Source: Verrucomicrobiota bacterium | GTDB taxonomy: Bacteria > Verrucomicrobiota > Verrucomicrobiia > Limisphaerales > AAA164-E04 | Length of the DNA stretch: 64,000 bases | NCBI GenBank assembly: GCA_047947115.1 | Contig: CP170459.1 | Coordinates: 4,128,001 to 4,192,000, forward strand | Direction of reading: 5' to 3' | Part shown: piece by piece, positions 21,490-31,802 of the stretch | Layout of the letters: each line of letters starts with the position of its first letter | Numbering within the stretch: the stretch's first letter is position 1 | Notes under the pieces: generated by a model | What the model saw: only the letters and a program-made list of their open reading frames with translations | What the model was told of the DNA's origin: nothing | The model's database searches: none | Program-made: the position numbers and the translations under genes

Positions 21490-21564
21490 CCAACCCCCAT
21501 GCTCGAGGAGATGTCACGCGGCAAATTGTTTGTCTTTCGCATCGTTTTGACTCAGACTTCTGCC

Positions 21565-22464
21565 ATGTTTCGCTTAATCCCTTGGATACTCTGCACGCTT
21601 GTCATCACGCAGGCTGAAATCAACGTCGTGATTTGGGACGAACAGCAGCCACGCCAGAAACAGGCTTACGAAAACTTTCTGGGCAACGCCATTGCTGACC
21701 ACCTGCGGCCCCTTCCTGGCATCTCAGTCAAAACCGTCACACTGGACAGCCCTGGTAAAGGCATCGGACCGGATGTGCTGAACTCATGTGATGTGCTTCT
21801 CTGGTGGGGGCATGTTCGACAAGCGGAGATTACCCCTGAAGATTGCAAGCCGATCATTGATCGCATCAGAGCAGGAAAAATGTCATTCATCCCACTGCAC
21901 TCAGCGCATTGGTCAACCCCCTTCATGGAAGCCATGAACGAACGCACCCGCATGGACGCAGCCAAACGTTATCCACGCACACAGGATTCACCTAATGTGG
22001 CCATTGAATTTGTCCCACCACCCGGGCGTGTCCCTCCAACTGCAGACTCGATGGTAACGCCCGCCTATCTGGCATTAAAGCGTGGTGGTGTAGCCACAAC
22101 CGTGCGGGTTGATCTTCCAAACTGTTGTTTTCCAGGTTGGCGTAACGACGGGGAACCCAGTTCTCTTGAATCACTGCTGCCTGATCATCCCATTGCCCAA
22201 GGACTCCCCAAATATTGGTCCATCTCCTCTACCGAAATGTACGCCGAACCCTTTCACGTTCCCGAGCCGGATCAGGTTGTTTTCAAAGAGACCTTTTCGA
22301 AGGGCGAATGGTTCCGAAGCGGCTGCGTGTGGGAACTGGGTAAAGGCAAAGTATTCTATTTCCGTCCGGGGCATGAAACATTCCCGATCTTCAAGGAAAA
22401 GCTTCCACTCAAAGTGATAGAGAATGCCGTTCGATGGCTGGCTACAGATTTGCAGAATCCCTGA
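21565..22464 (+). CDS. ThuA (trehalose utilisation, class I glutamine amidotransferase-like) domain protein
   Basis: VVIWDE, DVLLWWGH, LHSAHWS, EMYAEPFHVPEPD, GEWFRSG, FYFRPGHETFP. Confidence 0.88.
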   Translation: MFRLIPWILCTLVITQAEINVVIWDEQQPRQKQAYENFLGNAIADHLRPLPGISVKTVTLDSPGKGIGPDVLNSCDVLLWWGHVRQAEITPEDCKPIIDRIRAGKMSFIPLHSAHWSTPFMEAMNERTRMDAAKRYPRTQDSPNVAIEFVPPPGRVPPTADSMVTPAYLALKRGGVATTVRVDLPNCCFPGWRNDGEPSSLESLLPDHPIAQGLPKYWSISSTEMYAEPFHVPEPDQVVFKETFSKGEWFRSGCVWELGKGKVFYFRPGHETFPIFKEKLPLKVIENAVRWLATDLQNP

Positions 22465-22509
22465 AGCAAGTTGCATCCTATCACCAAACTTGTATGGTAT
22501 ATCACGAAC

Positions 22510-23823
22510 ATGGACTTCCCCTACATCGCCAAATATCATTCACTGAGTCGTCGCCACTTTTTGCGTGGAACGGGCGTCGCTCTTTCATTGCCGATGCTCG
22601 ACGCCATGCTACCGGCATTCGCTGCAACAAGCGAAGCCCCTTTGCCAGCCAAGCGATTTATCGGTGTCTGCAATAATCTCGGATTATTGCCCGATCGTTT
22701 TTTCCCATCCGAAGCCGGACCCAATTATCAGCTTTCTCCCTACCTGAATGAACTGGAAACTCACCGAAATGATTTTACGGTCTTAAGCGGTGTGTCACAC
22801 CCTGGGGTGGATGGAAGCCATTCCTCGGATATTTCATTCCTGACCGCCGCTCCTCACCCGGCCAGCGGTGGCTTTCGCAATTCCATTTCCCTGGATCAGT
22901 TCATCGCAGAAAAAGTGGGACACTTGACACGTTTTCCATCACTGACTCTTGGAGTCAATGCCAAGGAAGGTCGTCGTAGTCTCTCCTGGACGAATGCAGG
23001 CGTGCTTATTACCTGTGAAAACAAAGCTTCCGAAGTGTATCGAAAGCTTTTCTTACAAGGCTCAAAAGAAGAAATCGAGCAACAAATGCGCCGTCTGCAG
23101 TTGGGACAAAGCATTATGGACACCTTGGCGGAAGACTCAAAGCGCCTGTCCAAAAAGTTGAACGCTTCCGACAAGGACCGCCTGGATCAATATGTCACCG
23201 CCGTGCGCGAGGTGGAACGTCGCATGGACAAAGCCAGGGAATGGGAAAAGCTTCCCAAACCCACTGCGCCCGTCCCCATGCCGGAAGATCCTGATTCGAA
23301 GGCGGCCTATATGGAAAAAACCGCGTTGATGTATCAGATGGCATCTCTGGCCTTTCAAACCGACTCCACACGCAGCATCACCCTGTTGCTGGACAGTAAC
23401 AACTCGCCCACCATCAAAGTTGATGGTGAAAACATTACAGACGGTTATCACAACTTGTCCCATCACGGTAAAAACGAATCAAAACTCAAGCAATTGGAAG
23501 CCATTGACCGGGCTCATATGATGGAGTTGCGCACATTTTTGGATTCATTGAAATCAAGTCAGGACAATTCAGGATCGCTTTTGGACCAGACACTGGTCCT
23601 CTACGGAAGCAATTTCGGAGACGCAAACAAACACACAACCACCAACATGCCCATTGTAGTGGCTGGCGGACAACTTAGACATGGACAGCACCTGGCATTT
23701 GATCCAGCCAATAACCATCCACTCCCCAACCTGTTTGTCAGCATGCTCAACAGCATGGACATAGAAACGGAGCATTTTGCCTCCTCAACAGGTTCCATGA
23801 CAGGTTTGGAGAGTCTGAAATAG
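22510..23823 (+). CDS. DUF1552 domain protein with Tat signal
   Basis: LSRRHFLRGTGVALSLPMLDAM, ISLDQ, AFQTDSTR, YHNLSHH, LYGSN. Confidence 0.88.
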   Translation: MDFPYIAKYHSLSRRHFLRGTGVALSLPMLDAMLPAFAATSEAPLPAKRFIGVCNNLGLLPDRFFPSEAGPNYQLSPYLNELETHRNDFTVLSGVSHPGVDGSHSSDISFLTAAPHPASGGFRNSISLDQFIAEKVGHLTRFPSLTLGVNAKEGRRSLSWTNAGVLITCENKASEVYRKLFLQGSKEEIEQQMRRLQLGQSIMDTLAEDSKRLSKKLNASDKDRLDQYVTAVREVERRMDKAREWEKLPKPTAPVPMPEDPDSKAAYMEKTALMYQMASLAFQTDSTRSITLLLDSNNSPTIKVDGENITDGYHNLSHHGKNESKLKQLEAIDRAHMMELRTFLDSLKSSQDNSGSLLDQTLVLYGSNFGDANKHTTTNMPIVVAGGQLRHGQHLAFDPANNHPLPNLFVSMLNSMDIETEHFASSTGSMTGLESLK

Positions 23824-23902
23824 AAAAAATCAACTAATCAGCAGCCAAAATGCATCCCTGTGGTTGAAAAGCTCGAAGACACAGGCATAATCGCATCAAA
23901 TC

Positions 23903-26341
23903 GTGAATTTCAAATCAACAAAGCAATTTCTGACCGCCATCGGCCTGGGACTTGGAGTATGTTCGTCTGTCGCACAAGACGCATCCCAGGTCTTCGAGGA
24001 CGAAATTAGACCGCTTTTCAAAACACATTGTTATCGATGTCACGGAGCCACCCAACAAAAAGCGGGGCTCCGACTGGATCTTGGATACGCCCCTTCCCCA
24101 TGGGCTGGCGACTCAGGCCCCGTTTGGATAAAGTCCAACAGCGATGACAGCCTCCTGATTCAACTCCTCCGAGGCACGCATGATTCGATTGAAGCCATGC
24201 CTTATAACCAGAAGCCTCTTCCGGAAGCAGATATCCAAAAGGTCGTGGCGTGGATTGACGAGGGAGCCATTATCCCTGAGGGATTGACCGAAGATGCTCA
24301 GGAACACTGGGCTTTTGCCAAACCCATCAAGCCGGAGTTGCCAAAAATCAAGCAAACATCATGGCCCCGCAATTCCATCGATTTTTTTGTGCTCGCCAGA
24401 TTGGAGGAACAAGGTCTCAGCCCTTCGGACACCGCTCCACCCAGAACCCTGTTGCGGCGGTTGTTTCTTGATTTGACCGGACTCCCGCCGACTCGAAAGG
24501 ATCTGAGCGCTGTGGGAGATCACCTTTCCATGGAAGACTATGAGGATTGGGTGGAGGATCTTCTTTCATCGCCACATTTTGGGGAAAGATGGGGGCGTCA
24601 TTGGCTGGATGTGGCACGTTACGCTGATTCAAATGGTTACAGTATAGACGGAGCCCGTTCCATGTGGCGTTACCGTGATTGGGTGATCGATGCCACCAAT
24701 GCCAATATGCCGTTCGACCAGTTCACGATCGAACAAATCGCAGGCGACCTGCTTCCTCATGCCACCATGCAACAGGTCATAGCCACGGGTTTTCACCGCA
24801 ACACCCAGATCAATCAGGAAGGGGGAATCGACCCCGAGCAATTCCGAATGGAATCCATTTTCGATCGCATGGCGACAACTGGGGCTGCCTGGCTTGGACT
24901 CACCACCGGATGCGCACAATGTCATGATCATAAGTTCGACCCGATGACGCAAGAGGAATACTACCAGATGTTTGCTTTCTTCAACAATCAGGATGAACCA
25001 TCCATCCCCGCCCCCACTCATGAAGAATCCATGCGATTGATTGCCTGGGAAAAACAATACAAGCCCCTTCAGGCGGAACTGGATCTGTTGAACCAGGAAC
25101 TGCCCGACAGAGTGTGGCAGTGGGAAAAGTTCTTCGATGAAAAGGACACCGAATCCGCGCCTGAAGAAATCAAAACCATCTTGGGCAAACTACCGACCGA
25201 CCGATCCAAAGAGGACGAGCAAAAGCTCATCGATCATTTCAAAAAGAACCAGCCTGACTATGTGGAGTTGAGTAAAAAGGTGGAGCAGCTGCGTCGCAGA
25301 CGTCCGAGAACCACCACCGCCATGGTATTGAAAGAACGGACCGAAGAACGTCCGACCCACATGCTGATCAAAGGCGACTTTACTCGTCCTGCAGATCAGG
25401 TGAGACCTGGTGTCCCAGCTTCACTGCATCCATTGGAAGCTGAAGGTGAGCCAAACCGACTGGACCTGGCCAATTGGCTGGTTTCGAGTGAAAACCCCCT
25501 GACCGCCCGCGTGGTGATCAATCGGGTGTGGCAAAAGTATTTTGGAACCGGAATCGTCGAGACAGAAAATGATTTCGGAACGCAAGGAACCCTTCCTAGT
25601 CACCCACAATTGCTGGATTGGTTGGCTTGTGAATTCATGGACTCTGGTTGGGACATGAAACACATGCACCGCCTCATCGTCAACTCGGCCACCTACCGGC
25701 AGTCCTCGAAGGTGCGCAAGGATCTGAACGAAAAAGACACCCGCAACCTGTTTCTGGGGAGGCAAAACCGACTGCGCCTGGATTCCGAAATCGTTCGCGA
25801 TGTGGCATTACACGCCTCCGGTTTGCTACAGCAGGACATCGGCGGGCCCAGTGTTTACCCGCCTCAACCAGACGGGGTGATGGGACTGGGTCAGGTCCAG
25901 CGTTCATGGAAAGCTAATGAGGGAGACGATCGATACAGGCGCGGGATGTATACCTTTTTCTGGCGTGCCACGCCGCACCCGGCCCTGGCGGTTTTCGACA
26001 GTCCCGACGCCTTCAGCACCTGTACAAGGCGCATTCGCTCCAACACACCTCTGCAGGCACTGACGCTATTGAACGATCCGGCTTTTTATGAAATGGCCAC
26101 TCACTTTGCTGATCTGATTCAAGAAAAAGGTGGAAACGATGATGCGAGCCGGATTCGATTTGGATTAGAACGTTGCACGGCTCGACAACCCTCATCCGAT
26201 GAATTGCAGCAGCTGCTCCTTTTCATCCAACATCAACGACAACTTGCCGAATCAGATGATTCGGTGAACCAAGATAAGCAGGTCTGGCTGAATGTCGCTC
26301 GTGTCCTGTTGAACCTCGACGAAACCATTACCCGCGAATAA
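23903..26341 (+). CDS. Planctomycete cytochrome c + DUF1549/DUF1553 (PSD1) protein
   Basis: CYRCH, CAQCHDHKFDP, GERWGRHWLDVARYADS, PSHPQLLDWLA, NTPLQALTLLND. Confidence 0.9.
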   Translation: MNFKSTKQFLTAIGLGLGVCSSVAQDASQVFEDEIRPLFKTHCYRCHGATQQKAGLRLDLGYAPSPWAGDSGPVWIKSNSDDSLLIQLLRGTHDSIEAMPYNQKPLPEADIQKVVAWIDEGAIIPEGLTEDAQEHWAFAKPIKPELPKIKQTSWPRNSIDFFVLARLEEQGLSPSDTAPPRTLLRRLFLDLTGLPPTRKDLSAVGDHLSMEDYEDWVEDLLSSPHFGERWGRHWLDVARYADSNGYSIDGARSMWRYRDWVIDATNANMPFDQFTIEQIAGDLLPHATMQQVIATGFHRNTQINQEGGIDPEQFRMESIFDRMATTGAAWLGLTTGCAQCHDHKFDPMTQEEYYQMFAFFNNQDEPSIPAPTHEESMRLIAWEKQYKPLQAELDLLNQELPDRVWQWEKFFDEKDTESAPEEIKTILGKLPTDRSKEDEQKLIDHFKKNQPDYVELSKKVEQLRRRRPRTTTAMVLKERTEERPTHMLIKGDFTRPADQVRPGVPASLHPLEAEGEPNRLDLANWLVSSENPLTARVVINRVWQKYFGTGIVETENDFGTQGTLPSHPQLLDWLACEFMDSGWDMKHMHRLIVNSATYRQSSKVRKDLNEKDTRNLFLGRQNRLRLDSEIVRDVALHASGLLQQDIGGPSVYPPQPDGVMGLGQVQRSWKANEGDDRYRRGMYTFFWRATPHPALAVFDSPDAFSTCTRRIRSNTPLQALTLLNDPAFYEMATHFADLIQEKGGNDDASRIRFGLERCTARQPSSDELQQLLLFIQHQRQLAESDDSVNQDKQVWLNVARVLLNLDETITRE

Positions 26342-26343
26342 TC

Positions 26344-27804
26344 ATGCAATCCACTTTTGAAAACAACCTGCTGTCCGCCCAAACCCGGCGCCATTTTTTC
26401 AGTCGTTGCGGCATGGGCGTAGGCTCCATGGCTCTGGCTTCATTGACGCAAAAGGATCGGCTTCAGGCCGCGGTGGATGACAAACTGAACAATCCGCTGT
26501 TCGCCAAGAAACCTCAGTACGCCCCAAAAGCCAAAAACGTCATCTTCCTCTTCATGGCAGGCGGACCTTCGCAACTCGAATTGTTCGACTACAAACCGGT
26601 GCTACAAAAATATAACGGCGAACCCATTCCCGAATCTTATCTGGAAGGAAAACGCTTCGCCTTCATGGACAGTTCTTTCAAGAACCGGTCCACCCTGATG
26701 GGCACCCGGCGTGAATTCAGACAATACGGTCAATCCGGCATGTGGGTCTCCGAATTGCTCCCACATACAGCCGGCATCGTGGACGAGTGTACATTCGTAA
26801 AAACAGTCAAAACCAATCTGTTCAACCATGCCCCTGCCAAATTGTTCATGAACACCGGTTCCGGTCAGTTCGGCCGCCCTTCTATGGGAGCCTGGACGAC
26901 TTACGGGCTCGGCAGCGAATGCGACGACCTCCCCGGTTTTGTTGTATTGCAGAGTGGACCACGCGGACCACGCGGAGGCGCGGTGAATTGGGGAAGTGGC
27001 TTCCTGCCCACTGTTCATCAAGGGGTTCCATTGCGCGGACAAGGAGAACCCATCCTGAATCTGACTTCCCCCGAGGGGATTGATGATGTCACACAACGTT
27101 CGGTCATTGATACCGTCAAGGATCTCAATCTGAAACGTTTGGTTGAAACCGGTGATCCGGAAATCTCCACCCGTATTTCTGCTTACGAAATGGCTTATAA
27201 AATGCAGGCCAGTGCACCGGATCTCATCGATCTGTCCGATGAATCACAGGAAACCAAGGACATGTATGGTGTGGACACCAATGGGTCCAGCTTTGCACGC
27301 AACTGCCTCCTCGCGCGGCGCCTGGTCGAGAAAGGCGTCAGGTTCATCCAGCTTTATCACACGAACTGGGACAGCCACGGCGGACCGGGGGAAAACTTGC
27401 AGAACGATTTTGAAAAGGTCGTCAAGGAAATCGACCAACCCTGCGCTGCTCTGGTCAAAGATTTGAAACGCCGCGGACTCCTCGATGATACCCTGGTCAT
27501 CTGGGGTGGCGAATTCGGCCGAACACCCATGGGTGAAAACCGAAGCACCACCGGTCGCAACCACCACATCGACGCTTTCACCATGTGGTTTGCAGGCGGT
27601 GGCACCAAACCCGGCAACATTGTCGGAGAAACGGACGAACTCGGTTTTGATGCAGCCATTGATCCCGTCCATACCCATGACGTGCATGCAACCATCCTTC
27701 ACCTTCTCGGCATGGATCATGAGAAACTGACCTTTCGTTTCCAAGGACGTGATTTCCGCCTGACGGACATTCACGGTGAGTTGATCGAAAAAATGTACAC
27801 CTGA
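26344..27804 (+). CDS. DUF1501 domain protein with Tat signal
   Basis: TRRHFF, FMAGGPSQLELFDYKP, LLARRLVEKGVRF, GGEFGRTP. Confidence 0.9.
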   Translation: MQSTFENNLLSAQTRRHFFSRCGMGVGSMALASLTQKDRLQAAVDDKLNNPLFAKKPQYAPKAKNVIFLFMAGGPSQLELFDYKPVLQKYNGEPIPESYLEGKRFAFMDSSFKNRSTLMGTRREFRQYGQSGMWVSELLPHTAGIVDECTFVKTVKTNLFNHAPAKLFMNTGSGQFGRPSMGAWTTYGLGSECDDLPGFVVLQSGPRGPRGGAVNWGSGFLPTVHQGVPLRGQGEPILNLTSPEGIDDVTQRSVIDTVKDLNLKRLVETGDPEISTRISAYEMAYKMQASAPDLIDLSDESQETKDMYGVDTNGSSFARNCLLARRLVEKGVRFIQLYHTNWDSHGGPGENLQNDFEKVVKEIDQPCAALVKDLKRRGLLDDTLVIWGGEFGRTPMGENRSTTGRNHHIDAFTMWFAGGGTKPGNIVGETDELGFDAAIDPVHTHDVHATILHLLGMDHEKLTFRFQGRDFRLTDIHGELIEKMYT

Positions 27805-27805
27805 C

Positions 27806-28081
27806 ATGGATCCCCTCATCCGAAAAGCATCCGACAAACGTCGACGCTGGTTCGGTCTTTTCTACCTGTTGGTGGCCGGCATCATGCTGATTTGGGGCAC
27901 CACATGGTTGAACCCCTATTTGGAAGGGTGGAAGTTTGTCATCTATTGGTTGGGCTGCTTCATCGTGACCGTCATGGCCATGCTCATTGCCTTGCTGGAT
28001 ATGTGGATCATCCGGATCCGGGCCCGCCAAGCCCGCAACAGTGCTGCAAAAGAAGTGTTTGACGAAAGCACGAAGAAATAA
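27806..28081 (+). CDS. Small two-TM membrane protein
   Basis: Two hydrophobic helices; starts 1 bp after the DUF1501 stop. Confidence 0.7.
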   Translation: MDPLIRKASDKRRRWFGLFYLLVAGIMLIWGTTWLNPYLEGWKFVIYWLGCFIVTVMAMLIALLDMWIIRIRARQARNSAAKEVFDESTKK

Positions 28082-28196
28082 AAAAACCGAGCATCAACGG
28101 GCTCAGTAAGACAAATGCACCCGGGTCATTCCAGTAACCCCTGAAGCTCAATCTCAAACAATATCCTGGTCATTCTGCAAATCCCGTTTTGTGAAA

Positions 28197-28841
28197 CTAT
28201 ATCTCAGGATCGCTATCCCATTTCGGATATACCGAAGCATCCAATTCTCCCCGCCGGATCATCTCCTGCAGATCTCGTATAATGGTTCGACGCGCCACGC
28301 GAAACTCACGGGCCAGTGCGGAGATGTTCGGACGTTCTTTGGCATCTTCCAGTTGCAACCGGATATGATGCTGCCTGCTCAAACGATCCGTCGAACGGCT
28401 TAACAGGAATTCTATATCGGACCGCTTGGAGCGTTCCAACGATTCAAACTGTTTAATGACTTCCTTCTCCCCACATTCACTGACTGCAGTGCGAATCGTA
28501 TCTTTCAGCACATTGATATCAACAGGTTTGGGCAGACAATAGTGTGCGCGCCGCGGTCCTTGAAGGGCTTCTATCTGCTGCTGCACTTCCAAGGCACCGG
28601 ACACCACAATGATCGGAACATGCGGCATGAGTTGTTTGAAATCCGGCAGAAAATCGAGCCCCAACTCCTCGTCCTCCAGCACATGATCCAGCACGATGGC
28701 TTCTGGCAAATACGAGGACGCTATCTTAATCGCTTCAGAACCCGACTTGGCTCGCTGGATCTCGAATTCATCCAGACATTCCTCATAGATCTCATACTGA
28801 AGATCCTCATCCTCAATAATCATGATCTTGGCTTTAGGCAT
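28197..28841 (-). CDS. Response regulator (receiver + C-terminal HTH)
   Basis: IMIIEDE, IVLDH (phosphoacceptor Asp), IIVVSG, LPKPV; ISALAREFRVARRTIIRDL HTH. Confidence 0.85.
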   Translation of the reverse strand: MPKAKIMIIEDEDLQYEIYEECLDEFEIQRAKSGSEAIKIASSYLPEAIVLDHVLEDEELGLDFLPDFKQLMPHVPIIVVSGALEVQQQIEALQGPRRAHYCLPKPVDINVLKDTIRTAVSECGEKEVIKQFESLERSKRSDIEFLLSRSTDRLSRQHHIRLQLEDAKERPNISALAREFRVARRTIIRDLQEMIRRGELDASVYPKWDSDPEI

Positions 28842-28929
28842 ACGCCGACAATGAATGAAAACAAACTGAACTTCAAGTGTGTTTGAGGTTTGAATTGATT
28901 GGGCCCGCTCTCCAAAAACTCAGGTAAAA

Positions 28930-30444
28930 CTAATCTCCCGACCACTGACCCGCCAGTTCCCACAATCCAGGACTATCCTCCTGATAGGTATCAAAGTTAA
29001 TTCCACTGGAGATCAGGAAGTCAATGATTGCCAGGTAATAACTATGTTGTGCCGATAGCAGAGATTGTTCTGCTTTGATCGCGGTCTGTTCCCGGATCTG
29101 CACGGAAAGAAGATTGGTAGCTCCGAGTCGAAAGCGATCCTCTTCAATTTCACGCAGCATCTCTGCCAGTCGTCGATTCTCGCGTGTTAAGGTCAATTTT
29201 TCATCACTGGCGCTGATGGAGACATATCCTTTTTCGATTTCAGCGAACACTTTTTCCATCGCAAACGACGCTTTGGTCTGCATTTGTTCAATTTTTGCGG
29301 CGTTGGCATCAGCCGCACCTTTTGCCGCATTTCGCTGAAGGGGCACTCTGAATTCGATGCCCAATTTAAGTTCGAGTTCACCTGTGTCTTTGTACAAGGA
29401 TTCGCCCAGGTTTTGACTTGCCGACGCATAGGCGTCCAGACTGGGCAACAATTGGTTCCTGTAATACTCCTTATCGACTCCCAGCTTCAGCAGTTCCAGT
29501 TCATAAATCCTCAACTCCGGGCGATGTCGGCTGGCATATTTCCAGGCGGAGGAAATCAAATCTTCCGGTGACTCCGATGTCGAAGGCCATGTCTCGGGTA
29601 ATTGCTCACGCAGGGGTCTGACCGGTTCATCCTGGTCATCTCGATGAAAAAGGGATAAAGCGATGCCTGCCGAATCGAAATCTCTCTGGGCATCAATGAG
29701 CAGTATCTCCCGACTGACTACCACTTGATCGTTTTCCAGTGCAACCGCCTTGGCTTCAAGCCCCTGGTCTATGCGTGTTTCAATGGCCAGTCGCCGGTCC
29801 TTCGCCAAAGCAAGCATGCGTTCCGCCACTTCAAGTGCCCTACCGGTTTTTATCCAATTGAGATACGCGGCGGAAGCGGCGCGCACGAAATCAAGGTGTT
29901 GCCTTTGGATCACTGGATCCGCCAATTCGACGTCCAGACGGGCATTTTGAATCGATCTTCTTCTTTGATCAATCGCACGGTTTTTCAGCAATGGTAATTT
30001 GAATCCAATGTTGGGGGATCCTCCGCCGTCAGTTCTACGATCATAATAGTAATCGGGTAAGATCCCATCGGTCCAACGATAGCCTCCAAACAAAGTGCTT
30101 CCCCATAATCCGGTAAATTGTTCAAATCCGGCTTCAATGGTGCTGCTTTGATAAAAACCAGTAGGATTGTCAAAAATCCGGGCAAAGGTTTGAAAATCAA
30201 AGGCTCCCCGGGCGCTGCGGAGTTGGCCTTGGGCAATGTCCCTTTCGATTAGAGCAGCCAGATATGGAGGATAGGTATTTGTCACCTTCTCCAAAAGAAC
30301 ATGAAGGTAAAGGGTGCTTGGACGATCCGGTTCGTCCACTTCATTTTCTGCGTGACCATTGAGGCACACAACATTCAGAAGAAGAAAAAGGAACCATCGC
30401 CATAAAGCCCTTTTCCTGATTACTGTTTTCCCCACGCGCCTCAT
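28930..30444 (-). CDS. TolC family outer membrane efflux protein
   Basis: Signal peptide; LPLLKN, RHRPEL, LLPSL, EEDRFRLG..NLL; start overlaps the HlyD stop (TGATG). Confidence 0.88.
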   Translation of the reverse strand: MRRVGKTVIRKRALWRWFLFLLLNVVCLNGHAENEVDEPDRPSTLYLHVLLEKVTNTYPPYLAALIERDIAQGQLRSARGAFDFQTFARIFDNPTGFYQSSTIEAGFEQFTGLWGSTLFGGYRWTDGILPDYYYDRRTDGGGSPNIGFKLPLLKNRAIDQRRRSIQNARLDVELADPVIQRQHLDFVRAASAAYLNWIKTGRALEVAERMLALAKDRRLAIETRIDQGLEAKAVALENDQVVVSREILLIDAQRDFDSAGIALSLFHRDDQDEPVRPLREQLPETWPSTSESPEDLISSAWKYASRHRPELRIYELELLKLGVDKEYYRNQLLPSLDAYASASQNLGESLYKDTGELELKLGIEFRVPLQRNAAKGAADANAAKIEQMQTKASFAMEKVFAEIEKGYVSISASDEKLTLTRENRRLAEMLREIEEDRFRLGATNLLSVQIREQTAIKAEQSLLSAQHSYYLAIIDFLISSGINFDTYQEDSPGLWELAGQWSGD

Positions 30445-31802
30445 CAGTAAGCCTCCACCTGTTTCAATACGGAACTTTCCTTGTGCAAGGCAGGAGGAAA
30501 GCCATTCAGCTGCCGCCAAACTTCATACCACAACGGCACACGCTCCAGCAAAACCCAACCTTGTGCCAGCACTCCCTGACGCATGATGGGAGACTCAGGC
30601 CAGTCAATCACACTGGCCTCTTTGCCTGCTATGATATCGGGATCAGGAGCCACCAGGATCCTGAATAGACCCTGACCATTATCCGTGGCATCCACAAAGA
30701 CAACCTCGCCCCCGAAAGTACCGACGGCCACACTCGGCCACCCTACAAACTGAATGGCCGGCCAGCCTTCAAATTGGAGACGAACGGGGCTGCCGGGATG
30801 GATCACTTCGCCGTTTTCATCCACCAGACGTTCCCTGATGAGCGGCATATCGTTACCGTCAACCCACATTTCAACGACCAGATTGTCCGATCGCGGGATG
30901 ATGACACACATTGGAGCGGAGGATTTGACAAAACTACCTTCAGTTACATTGACTCGAAAAACCACGCCGTCCCTGGGAGCCTTGACCGACAAGCGACCGG
31001 TCTGGTTGATTTTGATTTCGATGTCCTTGATTTCCTTCAGCACCTTGTTGAAATCGCTTTCGGCCGAAGCACGGGATGCACGAGCCTTATCGAGCGTGAC
31101 ATTCATATCGAGACGGGTTTTGGCCAGCTCGGCTTCCATTTTGAGCACCTCGGCTTGCTTGCTGTTTCGATTGAGAGTCGCCAGTTCGAACTCTCGTTGG
31201 GAGACCAGTCCCCTCGGATCCTTGAAAAGTTTTTCCACCCGAAGGAACTGTTGTTCCGCAGCCAGAAGTGCAGCTTTGGATGCTTCAACTTGTTGCTCTG
31301 CGATGGTAATCGCCTGTGGCACGGTGGATTCCAGATCCTTGATCTGCGTCGTCAATCGGCTGAGTTTCTCTTGTGCGGCTTCTCGCTGCCCTTCAATGGA
31401 TGCCTTTTGAAGTTTCAAATTGTTGAGATATTCCGGATCATTATCAACAATTTGAAACAACATGTCACCTTTTTGAACAGCACGACCTTCAACGATATGA
31501 ATCTGATCCACCCGACCGGAGAGAGGGGCTTCCACTGTGATGCTTCGCTCCTTAGGGTCGAAAGCCACAACTTTCCCCTGCCCTCGGATGAATTGTTGCC
31601 AAGGCAGAAAAAGCAGCGCCACAACAAGAATCAAAAAAATCAGGACCAGCAACTTGAACAGTCGTGTCAATCCGATGGGCAAGCGTGTTCGATCCAAACA
31701 TTTCAACTGGGCAAACTGGTCCAGTATGGGCATGTCGCGGGAAGGATCGTTCATTTTCATCGTTTTCCTGGAATGGTTATGAATTTCAGAGGGTAGACTC
31801 AT
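30444..31802 (-). CDS. HlyD family membrane fusion (adaptor) protein
   Basis: N-terminal TM + LPWQQ, APLSGRV lipoyl half, coiled coil, KAPRDG, VRLQFEGWPAIQF..WP, YEVWRQLNGFPP; ATGA overlap with the ABC stop. Confidence 0.9.
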   Translation of the reverse strand: MSLPSEIHNHSRKTMKMNDPSRDMPILDQFAQLKCLDRTRLPIGLTRLFKLLVLIFLILVVALLFLPWQQFIRGQGKVVAFDPKERSITVEAPLSGRVDQIHIVEGRAVQKGDMLFQIVDNDPEYLNNLKLQKASIEGQREAAQEKLSRLTTQIKDLESTVPQAITIAEQQVEASKAALLAAEQQFLRVEKLFKDPRGLVSQREFELATLNRNSKQAEVLKMEAELAKTRLDMNVTLDKARASRASAESDFNKVLKEIKDIEIKINQTGRLSVKAPRDGVVFRVNVTEGSFVKSSAPMCVIIPRSDNLVVEMWVDGNDMPLIRERLVDENGEVIHPGSPVRLQFEGWPAIQFVGWPSVAVGTFGGEVVFVDATDNGQGLFRILVAPDPDIIAGKEASVIDWPESPIMRQGVLAQGWVLLERVPLWYEVWRQLNGFPPALHKESSVLKQVEAY

